This document shows, piece after piece, positions 19,836-26,528 of a DNA stretch of 64,000 nucleotides (the stretch's first letter is position 1; each line of letters starts with the position of its first letter). Source of the DNA: a virus (lineage: Duplodnaviria > Caudoviricetes). Under the pieces are notes generated by a model. The model was given only the letters and a program-made list of their open reading frames with translations. It was not told where the DNA came from and ran no database searches. The stretch lies in the IMG/VR virus record IMGVR_UViG_3300029998_000597; one strand, written 5' to 3'. The position numbers were made by a program, and so were the translations under genes.

Positions 19836-20063
19836 ATGCTGAAATTTTATTTAAATATTATTCTAATTTCAATATTGAACACTTTAGTGGGCATGTGGAA
19901 CTCTGCGTCAAATCTACGACCTTCCACAGCAACGAGTTTTTATAGTTCAGAAGTAGAAGAACATATTTGTTTTAATGGTAGTGATTATAGAACAATAGGT
20001 AATAATAATTCGTATGCAAACGTGCAACCGATACAAAAACATAAAACAATTAGAACAACATAA
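19836..20063 (+). CDS. Putative leader peptide/small ORF preceding the tRNA array
   Basis: 75-aa ORF between promoter and terminator hairpin; coding status uncertain. Confidence 0.35.
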   Translation: MLKFYLNIILISILNTLVGMWNSASNLRPSTATSFYSSEVEEHICFNGSDYRTIGNNNSYANVQPIQKHKTIRTT

Positions 20064-20127
20064 ATCAGTAGAGATCTTTTCAGATATCTACAACGATATT
20101 TGGAAAGGAATTTTAAGTGAGACTTTG

Positions 20128-20173
20128 AAAGTCGAACAAATTACAATCCAAATGTAGTTTGTTCGACTTTTTT
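20128..20173 (+). terminator. Strong hairpin with T-tract immediately before the first tRNA
   Basis: AAAGTCGAACAAA...TTTGTTCGACTTT 13-bp stem followed by TTTATTTT. Confidence 0.65.
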
Positions 20174-20187
20174 ATTTTAAAATACTT

Positions 20188-20262
20188 GCCGAAGTAGTTC
20201 AGTGATAGAACAAATGATTTGTAATCATTAGGTCGTGAGTTTGACCCTCACCTTTGGCTCCA
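20188..20262 (+). tRNA. trnT: tRNA-Thr(TGT)
   Basis: GCCGAAG/CTTTGGC acceptor, AATGA-TTTGTAA-TCATT anticodon arm, encoded CCA. Confidence 0.9.
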
Positions 20263-20294
20263 AAAAAAGATCTTTGACATATTGTACAAAAAAA

Positions 20295-20368
20295 TGCTCA
20301 ATTCGACTATCGGTTAGGTCGTCAGGTTTTCATCCTGGAAAGAGGGGTCCAACTCCCCTATTGAGTAC
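20295..20368 (+). tRNA. trnE: tRNA-Glu(TTC)
   Basis: TGCTCAA/TTGAGTA acceptor, TCAGG-TTTTCAT-CCTGG. Confidence 0.88.
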
Positions 20369-20373
20369 TAAAT

Positions 20374-20449
20374 GGTCCATTAGAGGAGTCTGGCCGTCCC
20401 CGTTTCCCTGTCACGGAAAAAATCACGGATTCGAATTCCGTATGGACCG
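20374..20449 (+). tRNA. trnD: tRNA-Asp(GTC)
   Basis: GGTCCAT/ATGGACC, TTTCC-CTGTCAC-GGAAA, G73. Confidence 0.9.
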
Positions 20450-20454
20450 CATAT

Positions 20455-20490
20455 TGGGAAGTATATCAATTGGTTAGATTGCTTCATTTT
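20455..20490 (+). pseudogene. 5' half of a tRNA (Pro-like) truncated in the anticodon loop
   Basis: GGGAAGTATATCAATTGGTTAGATTGCTTCATTT: acceptor 5' strand, D-arm with GG, 5' anticodon stem CTTCA, then the structure is lost. Confidence 0.55.
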
Positions 20491-20572
20491 ATATCGATTA
20501 TTATTTTTATAAAGTTTTTAAGTTCGAAACGCACTTTTTTGACAATTCACACTATTTATATTAAAAAATAGT

Positions 20573-21463
20573 ATGAACGAAGATGAAGAGTTAATTGATT
20601 TAATAAAAAAATCGAAATCAAAAAACGAAATATCCCTTAAATTTTATGGATATTCAAATAAAAAAACTTATAAAAAGATAGATGAGTTTATATCTAAAAA
20701 TGGAATTAATGATGAACATTTAAATAAAAAAATTAAATATTGTCCTAATTGTGGTAATATAGTAACAAAGAAAGGAAATACATTTTGTAATAGGAGTTGT
20801 TCTGCTTCTTATACTAATAAGGGTAAAATTAAAACAACTGAAGAAAAAATAAATATTTCAAATGGATTATTACTATATCATTTTAATAATTATGATAATA
20901 AAAAATATACCATTGTAGATTCAGATAATAAAAATAATAATAGCAAAATAGTAGTTAAAAGATTAACAAAATTTTGCGAATATTGTAATACTGAGTTTAC
21001 ACCTAAAAAAGGAAAACAAAAATTTTGCTCACCGTCTTGCGGAACAAAAAATAAACATACTTCAGATGAAACTAAAGAAAAATTAAGAAATATAATGAAT
21101 AAAAAGGTTAAAAATGGTACCCATCAAGGGTGGAAATCAAGATCTAAATTAGATAGATCTTATCCTGAGAAATATTTTGAGGGTTATTTTAATAATGAAA
21201 ATATTATAGGATGGGAACCAGAGCTACCTGTTGGTAAATATTTTATTGATTTTGGATTTATTGAAAGAAAGATAGCTTTAGAAATTGATGGTAAACAACA
21301 TGAATACAGTGAAAGAAAAATTAAAGATAAAGAAAAAGACACATTCTTAACGGAAAATGGCTGGGCGGTTTTTAGAATTAAATGGTATAACCCAATTAAT
21401 AAGAAAAATAAACAACTACTTTATGAACAAATTGAAATCTTTAAAAAATTAATGAATAAATAA
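20573..21463 (+). CDS. Free-standing homing endonuclease: Zn-ribbon/NUMOD3-like N-terminus plus DUF559/Vsr-like nuclease
   Basis: YCPNCG...FCNRSCSASY; SDETKEKLR; YFIDFGFIERKIALEIDGKQH, DKEKDTFL...GW.VFRIKW; TATTTATA at 20553-20560. Confidence 0.8.
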   Translation: MNEDEELIDLIKKSKSKNEISLKFYGYSNKKTYKKIDEFISKNGINDEHLNKKIKYCPNCGNIVTKKGNTFCNRSCSASYTNKGKIKTTEEKINISNGLLLYHFNNYDNKKYTIVDSDNKNNNSKIVVKRLTKFCEYCNTEFTPKKGKQKFCSPSCGTKNKHTSDETKEKLRNIMNKKVKNGTHQGWKSRSKLDRSYPEKYFEGYFNNENIIGWEPELPVGKYFIDFGFIERKIALEIDGKQHEYSERKIKDKEKDTFLTENGWAVFRIKWYNPINKKNKQLLYEQIEIFKKLMNK

Positions 21464-21464
21464 A

Positions 21465-21538
21465 CGAGATGCGATCCATTGGTGCGGTTACCTCACTTGG
21501 AATGAGGGTTATTGGGTGTTCAATTCGCCTCATCTCGA
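21465..21538 (+). tRNA. trnP: tRNA-Pro(TGG)
   Basis: CGAGATG/CATCTCG, CCTCA-CTTGGAA-TGAGG. Confidence 0.87.
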
Positions 21539-21553
21539 CAAATTAAAATATAT

Positions 21554-21635
21554 TGCGGGGGAATGAAACAGACATATAAATCATGATAGTCTCATAAGCT
21601 ATTTATAATAGGCGCGACTCCTATACCCGCAACCA
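21554..21635 (+). tRNA. trnM: tRNA-Met(CAT), atypical (possible initiator) with enlarged D-loop
   Basis: TGCGGGG/ACCCGCA+ACCA, ATAGT-CTCATAA-GCTAT; 14-nt D-loop lacking GG. Confidence 0.7.
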
Positions 21636-21640
21636 ATAAT

Positions 21641-21712
21641 GTTTCCTTAGTTCAATGGATAGAACAAAAAACTTCTAATTTTTAGATATTGGTTCGATTC
21701 CAATAGGAAATA
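21641..21712 (+). tRNA. trnR: tRNA-Arg(TCT)
   Basis: GTTTCCT/AGGAAAT, AAAAA-CTTCTAA-TTTTT, GGTTCGATTCC. Confidence 0.85.
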
Positions 21713-21719
21713 CTTAAAT

Positions 21720-21790
21720 CTCTCATAAGTCATGCGGTATGGCGATGCTCTGCAAAAGCATGTAGGTTTGTTCAACTCAAACATGGGAGT
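21720..21790 (+). tRNA. trnC: tRNA-Cys(GCA)
   Basis: CTCTCAT/ATGGGAG, ATGCT-CTGCAAA-AGCAT, U73. Confidence 0.85.
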
Positions 21791-21800
21791 CAAATAATAT

Positions 21801-21885
21801 TCCCCTATGGTAGAATTGGCTAAATACGCCAGACTTTGATTCTGGTATCCTAACGGATGTGTACGTTCGAGTCGTGCTGGGGGAA
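21801..21885 (+). tRNA. trnQ: tRNA with TTG (Gln) anticodon and long variable arm
   Basis: TCCCCTA/TGGGGGA, CCAGA-CTTTGAT-TCTGG, variable arm T-ATCC-TAAC-GGAT-GT, A73. Confidence 0.8.
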
Positions 21886-21892
21886 CAAAAAT

Positions 21893-21979
21893 GGAAAGTT
21901 GGGTGAGAGGATTATACCACCTGTTTGCTAAACAGACGATCAGTTAAATGGTCCACAGATTCGAATTCTGTACTTTCCG
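21893..21979 (+). tRNA. trnS: tRNA-Ser(GCT)
   Basis: GGAAAGT/ACTTTCC, anticodon GCT, long variable arm, G73. Confidence 0.9.
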
Positions 21980-21992
21980 CAAAAAATAATAT

Positions 21993-22064
21993 GGGGCTTT
22001 CATATATCGACTATTATGACTGGTTTGCATCCAGTACAGAGGGTTTCGACTACCCTAAGTTCCA
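21993..22064 (+). tRNA. trnA: tRNA-Ala(TGC)
   Basis: GGGGCTT/AAGTTCC with G3:U70, ACTGG-TTTGCAT-CCAGT. Confidence 0.88.
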
Positions 22065-22089
22065 CAAACAAAATAGTTTTATTATATAA

Positions 22090-22163
22090 TGGGATATAGC
22101 TCAACTGGTTAGATCACAAAACTGATAATTTTGAGGCTGGGGATTCAAGTTCCTCTATCCCAA
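22090..22163 (+). tRNA. trnI: tRNA-Ile(GAT)
   Basis: TGGGATA/TATCCCA, CAAAA-CTGATAA-TTTTG. Confidence 0.9.
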
Positions 22164-22177
22164 CAAAAATTAAACAT

Positions 22178-22249
22178 TGGAGATTAGCTCAGTGGTAGAG
22201 CATCTATTTTACATGTAGAGGGTCCACGGTCCAATTCCGTGATTTCCAA
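22178..22249 (+). tRNA. trnV: tRNA-Val(TAC)
   Basis: TGGAGAT/ATTTCCA, TCTAT-TTTACAT-GTAGA. Confidence 0.88.
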
Positions 22250-22254
22250 CAAAT

Positions 22255-22327
22255 GGTGACGTAGCTCAGTTGATAGAGCGTTCCCTTCATGCGGGAAATG
22301 TCGGTGGTTTGAGTCCATCCGTCGCTA
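22255..22327 (+). tRNA. trnM: tRNA-Met(CAT), elongator-like
   Basis: GGTGACG/CGTCGCT, TTCCC-TTCATGC-GGGAA. Confidence 0.82.
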
Positions 22328-22336
22328 CAATAATAA

Positions 22337-22409
22337 TGGGGTGTGACAGACGTGGTGTATGTGATGGTCTGAAAAACCATTTAAAGAGATTCGATTTCTC
22401 TCACTCCAA
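22337..22409 (+). tRNA. trnF: tRNA-Phe(GAA)
   Basis: TGGGGTG/CACTCCA, ATGGT-CTGAAAA-ACCAT. Confidence 0.87.
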
Positions 22410-22509
22410 CTTTTAAAACTATTTTCGAACTTAGTAAATTATTTAAAAATAAATTAGTTCGATTTCATACTTTTCCACTTTTTTTCATATTTATATGTAA
22501 AGTATTAAT

Positions 22510-23576
22510 ATGGAAAATAAAAAAGAAACGTATGATATATTAAATTCATTTAAAACAAAAACAGAAGCTTATAAATATTTTGGAATATCAACAAACTCTA
22601 ATGGTATACTCGAACTAAATAAGTTATCCAATTCAGTTGGTTTTGATCTAAATATATATAAACTGAAAAGAAACCCGAAAAGATATTGTTTAAACTGTAA
22701 TAAAGAATTAACTAAAGGTCAAAAAAAGTTTTGTTCTACAAGCTGTTCTACAACATACAATAATACTGGTAGAATTTTAGATGAGAAAACTAAAAATAAT
22801 ATACGACTTGGAAGAATTAAATATAATAATGAACACAATGTAAAAAAATAAAATTATGTAAAATATGTGGGCAAGAAAAATGCACTAACTTAGAAGTTTG
22901 TAATCATATGTATAGTTGGTTCGAGAATTTAAGTTGTTTTGGATTTGACATAAAAAAGCTTGGGACTATTAATATTTATCTTGAATATTATAGAATCAAA
23001 GAATTATTACTAAAAGAATATTTTGATAATGAAATGTCTCCTAAGGATATTTCAATTAAATATAATTATAATAAAACATATGAAAATTTATTACATATAT
23101 TAAAGACATTCGGGATTAAGACAAGAAATCCTTCAGAAAGTGCATTAAATTCATGTTTACAAAATACAAATACATCGGTCTATTCAAATGATACAAATTA
23201 TAGTTTTAAACATGGGTGGCATGAAACATGGGATAAAAAATTAATATATTATAGAAGTTCTTATGAACTTGAATATGCATTAGAATTAGATGAAAAGAAA
23301 ATTATTTATGAAGTTGAATTTTTTAGAATAAAATATTGGGATAGTGTAAAATTAAAATATAGGGCTGCAATTCCAGATTTTTATATTAAAAGTGATAATT
23401 TAATTGTTGAAATAAAATCTAAAGTAACATTCAATAAACAGAATATAATTGATAAATTTAATGAGTATATTAAAATTGGTTATAATGTGTGCTTATTATA
23501 CGAAAAACAATATTATTCATATGATAATATGCTAAATATGAGTGAAAATAAATACTTATTTAAATCTTACATGTAA
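22510..23576 (+). CDS. Homing endonuclease (Zn-ribbon/NUMOD3-like N-terminus plus TnsA-like PD-(D/E)xK domain) split by a -1 frameshift at 22842-22848
   Basis: ORF 22510..22851 (YCLNCNK...KFCSTSCSTTYNN) joins IKLCKICGQEKCTNLEVCNH and ORF 22908..23576 (YRSSYELEYA..LD, IPDFYIK..NLIVEIKS) by one base in an A7 run. Confidence 0.72.
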
Positions 23577-23580
23577 AAAT

Positions 23581-23656
23581 GGTCTTGTAGCTCAGTGAAC
23601 AGAGCGTCTGAATACGAATCAGAAGGTCGGGAGTCTAATTCTCTCCAGGATCACCA
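23581..23656 (+). tRNA. trnR: tRNA-Arg(ACG)
   Basis: GGTCTTG/CAGGATC+ACCA, TCTGA-ATACGAA-TCAGA. Confidence 0.87.
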
Positions 23657-23702
23657 AAAATGGTTTTTTAAAGTTGTACCATCTCCAAAAACAACAATGT
23701 AA

Positions 23703-23779
23703 GCTCCCTTAGCTCAGTTGGTTAGAGCTGCTGACTCATAATCAGAGGATCGGATGTTCAAATCATTCAGGGAGCACCA
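23703..23779 (+). tRNA. trnI2: tRNA-Ile2(CAT), lysidine type
   Basis: GCTCCCT/AGGGAGC+ACCA, CTGA-CTCATAA-TCAG typical of Ile2. Confidence 0.8.
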
Positions 23780-23781
23780 AT

Positions 23782-23858
23782 GATCTAATGGCTCAAATGG
23801 ATAGAGCTTCACACTTTTAATGTGAAGGTTCTGGGATCATACCCCAGTTAGGTCACCA
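23782..23858 (+). tRNA. trnK: tRNA-Lys(TTT)
   Basis: GATCTAA/TTAGGTC+ACCA, TCACA-CTTTTAA-TGTGA. Confidence 0.88.
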
Positions 23859-23906
23859 AAAATCGGCAGTAATTCAATTTTACTACCAATAATTTGAATA
23901 ATAAAT

Positions 23907-23979
23907 GCGATAGTAGCTCAGTTGATAGAGCGTTAGATTTCCAATCTGAGGGTCGCGAGTTTGAGCCTCGCCTATCGCT
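23907..23979 (+). tRNA. trnG: tRNA-Gly(TCC)
   Basis: GCGATAG/CTATCGC, TTAGA-TTTCCAA-TCTGA, U73. Confidence 0.9.
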
Positions 23980-24001
23980 CTAATAATCAATATAATACAA
24001 T

Positions 24002-24074
24002 GGGGATGTAGCTGGAGGGTCTTATGCACTTGACTGTTAATCAAGAGAAGAGGTTTCGATTACCTCCATCCCCG
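24002..24074 (+). tRNA. trnN: tRNA-Asn(GTT)
   Basis: GGGGATG/CATCCCC, CTTGA-CTGTTAA-TCAAG. Confidence 0.88.
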
Positions 24075-24084
24075 CAAATAAAAT

Positions 24085-24165
24085 GCTCAAATGGTGGAAT
24101 GGTAGACACGTATGCCTTAGAAGTATATACCGAAAGGCGTGAGGGTTCGAGTCCCTCTTTGAGTA
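24085..24165 (+). tRNA. trnL: tRNA-Leu(TAG)
   Basis: GCTCAAA/TTTGAGT, GGTGGAATGGTAGACAC D-arm, TAG anticodon, variable arm. Confidence 0.88.
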
Positions 24166-24173
24166 CAAACAAT

Positions 24174-24254
24174 GTTTCAATGGTGGAATGGTAGACACTA
24201 CGGTCTTAAACACCGTTGCTTTGCGGCTTACAGATTCGAGTTCTGTTTGGGGTA
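24174..24254 (+). tRNA. trnL: tRNA-Leu(TAA), acceptor stem with four G-U pairs (possibly decaying)
   Basis: GTTTCAA/TTGGGGT, ACGGT-CTTAAAC-ACCGT. Confidence 0.75.
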
Positions 24255-24327
24255 CAAAAAAATTAAAATAATAAAGTTCAAAACCTGTTTTTTCCGTTTT
24301 TCCATGTATTTATATTAAAATATAATA

Positions 24328-25107
24328 ATGGAAAACAATGAACTACTGAAAATTTTTGACGAATCAAAAAATGTAACTGATTTACTTAAAAAATTAAATT
24401 TATCTGATAATACTATTAATAGAAATAAAATTAAAAATATTTCGATTGAGATAAATTTTGATTTAGACTTATATAGAATAAGAAAATTAAAATATTGTTT
24501 AAATTGTGGAAAAATATTAATAGGAGATCGACATAAATTTTGTTCTAATAGTTGTTCTGCAACATATAATAATACTGGACGAAAAGTAAGTAATGCCACG
24601 AGAGATAAAATAAGAAAAACATTAGCAATTGTTAGGCCTAAAAAACCTAAAGTTAAAAAGGAAAAACTAACTAAGGAAGTTAATTTAACTAATTCTTGTC
24701 CAATATGCGGTATTAAAATAACAAATGATAAAATATGTTGTTCAAATAAATGTTCTAATATAAAGAAACATAAAGAGAATTATATTTATTTTTTAGAACA
24801 CCCAAGTGAATATAACAACGGAGGATATACACCAAAACAATATAAAGATTTCTTCTTATTAGAGCAAAATAATAAATGTGCTATTTGTGGAATGAACGAC
24901 GAATGGAATGAAAAAAAATTAATATTTGTTTTAGATCATATAGATGGGGATGCTTCAAATAATATAAGAAAAAATTATAGAATGATATGTCCGAATTGCG
25001 ACTCCCAAACAAGTACATTTAAAAACAAAAATAAAAACTCAACCAGACGAAATTATTGGAAAGAAAAAATAATAAGAGATTTACAAAATAAAATGGAGGT
25101 GGTCTGA
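24328..25107 (+). CDS. HNH homing endonuclease with Zn-ribbon/NUMOD3-like N-terminus
   Basis: YCLNCGK...KFCSNSCSATYNN; KCAICG ... LDHIDGDASNN...NYRMICPNCDSQT; TATTTATA at 24307-24314; stop lies inside tRNA-Ser. Confidence 0.85.
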   Translation: MENNELLKIFDESKNVTDLLKKLNLSDNTINRNKIKNISIEINFDLDLYRIRKLKYCLNCGKILIGDRHKFCSNSCSATYNNTGRKVSNATRDKIRKTLAIVRPKKPKVKKEKLTKEVNLTNSCPICGIKITNDKICCSNKCSNIKKHKENYIYFLEHPSEYNNGGYTPKQYKDFFLLEQNNKCAICGMNDEWNEKKLIFVLDHIDGDASNNIRKNYRMICPNCDSQTSTFKNKNKNSTRRNYWKEKIIRDLQNKMEVV

Positions 25108-25181
25108 ATGGACGAAGGGCTAATCTTGAAAATTAGTAGTACGTTAATACCGTATTGGGGGTTCAATTCCTCTCGCCTCCG
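25095..25181 (+). tRNA. trnS: tRNA-Ser(TGA)
   Basis: GGAGGTG/CGCCTCC, CTAAT-CTTGAAA-ATTAG, long variable arm, G73. Confidence 0.88.
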
Positions 25182-25325
25182 CAAATAGACAAGTGTATAA
25201 CGTTTGGAAAACGTAGCAGATTTGAAAAATCATGGCTTGTCTTTTTAATATTAATCAATTAAATAAATAGCAATTAAATGAAAAAACTATTCGATGCTCA
25301 TTAGGTAAATTAAAACCTAATTAAA

Positions 25326-25517
25326 ATGAGTAAAAACAAAGAAATTTTAGAAACAACTGATAAACCGTCGGTTTATCGAAAAGCTTTTATAAAGCTTTAT
25401 AGTGCTTGTCCAATGTGTTCTCCAAATCGAGGATGTAATAAGCAAAGAAAATATAATCATGATTGTGAAAATTGGAAATCAAATAGAAAATCCCAATGGA
25501 AAGGATCTGAATTATGA
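25326..25517 (+). CDS. Small basic protein with CxxC and C-terminal WKSNRKSQWK
   Basis: 63 aa; ATGA overlap with next ORF. Confidence 0.6.
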   Translation: MSKNKEILETTDKPSVYRKAFIKLYSACPMCSPNRGCNKQRKYNHDCENWKSNRKSQWKGSEL

Positions 25518-25732
25518 GCACTAACAATTTTAACAGAAAACGTGGTTATACAATTACAGATAACCACGCTTATCGTGTTTTGGTAGTATTAGATGATGAC
25601 CCTTATTGGGACGAAGGTTTGAATTACTATAAATCAAAAGGTAAAAGAGGTAATAAGAAACAAATCTTTAATTATCAACGTAGAATGTATAGAACGTGGA
25701 AACACAATAGGAATACTCAATATAAAAGTTGA
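25514..25732 (+). CDS. Small basic protein with C-terminal WKHNRNTQYK
   Basis: 72 aa; shares C-terminal motif with the preceding ORF. Confidence 0.6.
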   Translation: MSTNNFNRKRGYTITDNHAYRVLVVLDDDPYWDEGLNYYKSKGKRGNKKQIFNYQRRMYRTWKHNRNTQYKS

Positions 25733-25773
25733 GTTTAATACAAGTGAGTGGCCGAAGACAACAGACTCCAAAT
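25731..25773 (+). pseudogene. Remnant of tRNA-Trp(CCA), ending just after the anticodon loop
   Basis: GAGTGGCCGAAGAC D-loop-like segment, then ACAGA-CTCCAAA-T; no T-arm or 3' acceptor strand. Confidence 0.5.
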
Positions 25774-25842
25774 TTTTAAAATTAATTATTAAAATTTGGA
25801 GTTTTTTCTTTTTAATTATATATTTATAATAAAATATATAAT

Positions 25843-26499
25843 ATGAAAATTTGTTCTACCTGCGGAATTTCTAAAACAAATGAGTCTTTTTCTGTTAATA
25901 AATCTAAAAATGACGGCCTCGCTTCTATTTGTAAAAATTGTCACTCGACATATAGAAAACAAGATTACTTAAAAAATAAAGAAAAAGTTATAAAGCAGGT
26001 AAATAAATATAAGGTTAAAAATCCAGATAAATATAATAAAAAATCTGGACAAACCATTAAAAGTTCTTGTAAATTATGTGGCGAAGAAATGTACATTACA
26101 AAAAAAGACGTTTCGGATAAAAAACAAAGATATTGTTCTGTTGATTGTAAAAATAATGATTACACTAAAGATTATTATCGTTATTTAAAAGATGTTGAAA
26201 AAAGAGCGATAAAAACAAATAAAGAATTTAATTTAACAGAAGAATTCATTAAAGATTTATTAGAAAATAAACAACAAAATAAATGTAAAATTACCAACGT
26301 AAATATATTAATAAAAAATAAAAACAATAAAACTTCTATTTATAATACAGCATCTCTTGATAGAATAAACAACAATAAAGGTTATTTGATGGACAATGTT
26401 CAATGGGTTTGCTTAGGTATTAATTATATGAAATCAAAATTTAGTGATGGTGATTTATTTGAAATGTTGAAATTAATCAGAGAAAATTATAAAGGATAA
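25843..26499 (+). CDS. HNH-like homing endonuclease
   Basis: KICSTCG..K....F..NKS..DGLASICKNC N-terminus; ASLDRINNNKGYLMDNVQWVC..IN.MK; TATTTATA at 25821-25828. Confidence 0.8.
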   Translation: MKICSTCGISKTNESFSVNKSKNDGLASICKNCHSTYRKQDYLKNKEKVIKQVNKYKVKNPDKYNKKSGQTIKSSCKLCGEEMYITKKDVSDKKQRYCSVDCKNNDYTKDYYRYLKDVEKRAIKTNKEFNLTEEFIKDLLENKQQNKCKITNVNILIKNKNNKTSIYNTASLDRINNNKGYLMDNVQWVCLGINYMKSKFSDGDLFEMLKLIRENYKG

Positions 26500-26528
26500 T
26501 TTGTTATTTTTTTATATCATACTATTAT

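Noticed and set aside
20235-20477. 80-aa ORF in the ORF track
   Set aside because: Lies across tRNA-Thr, -Glu and -Asp genes; not a credible protein
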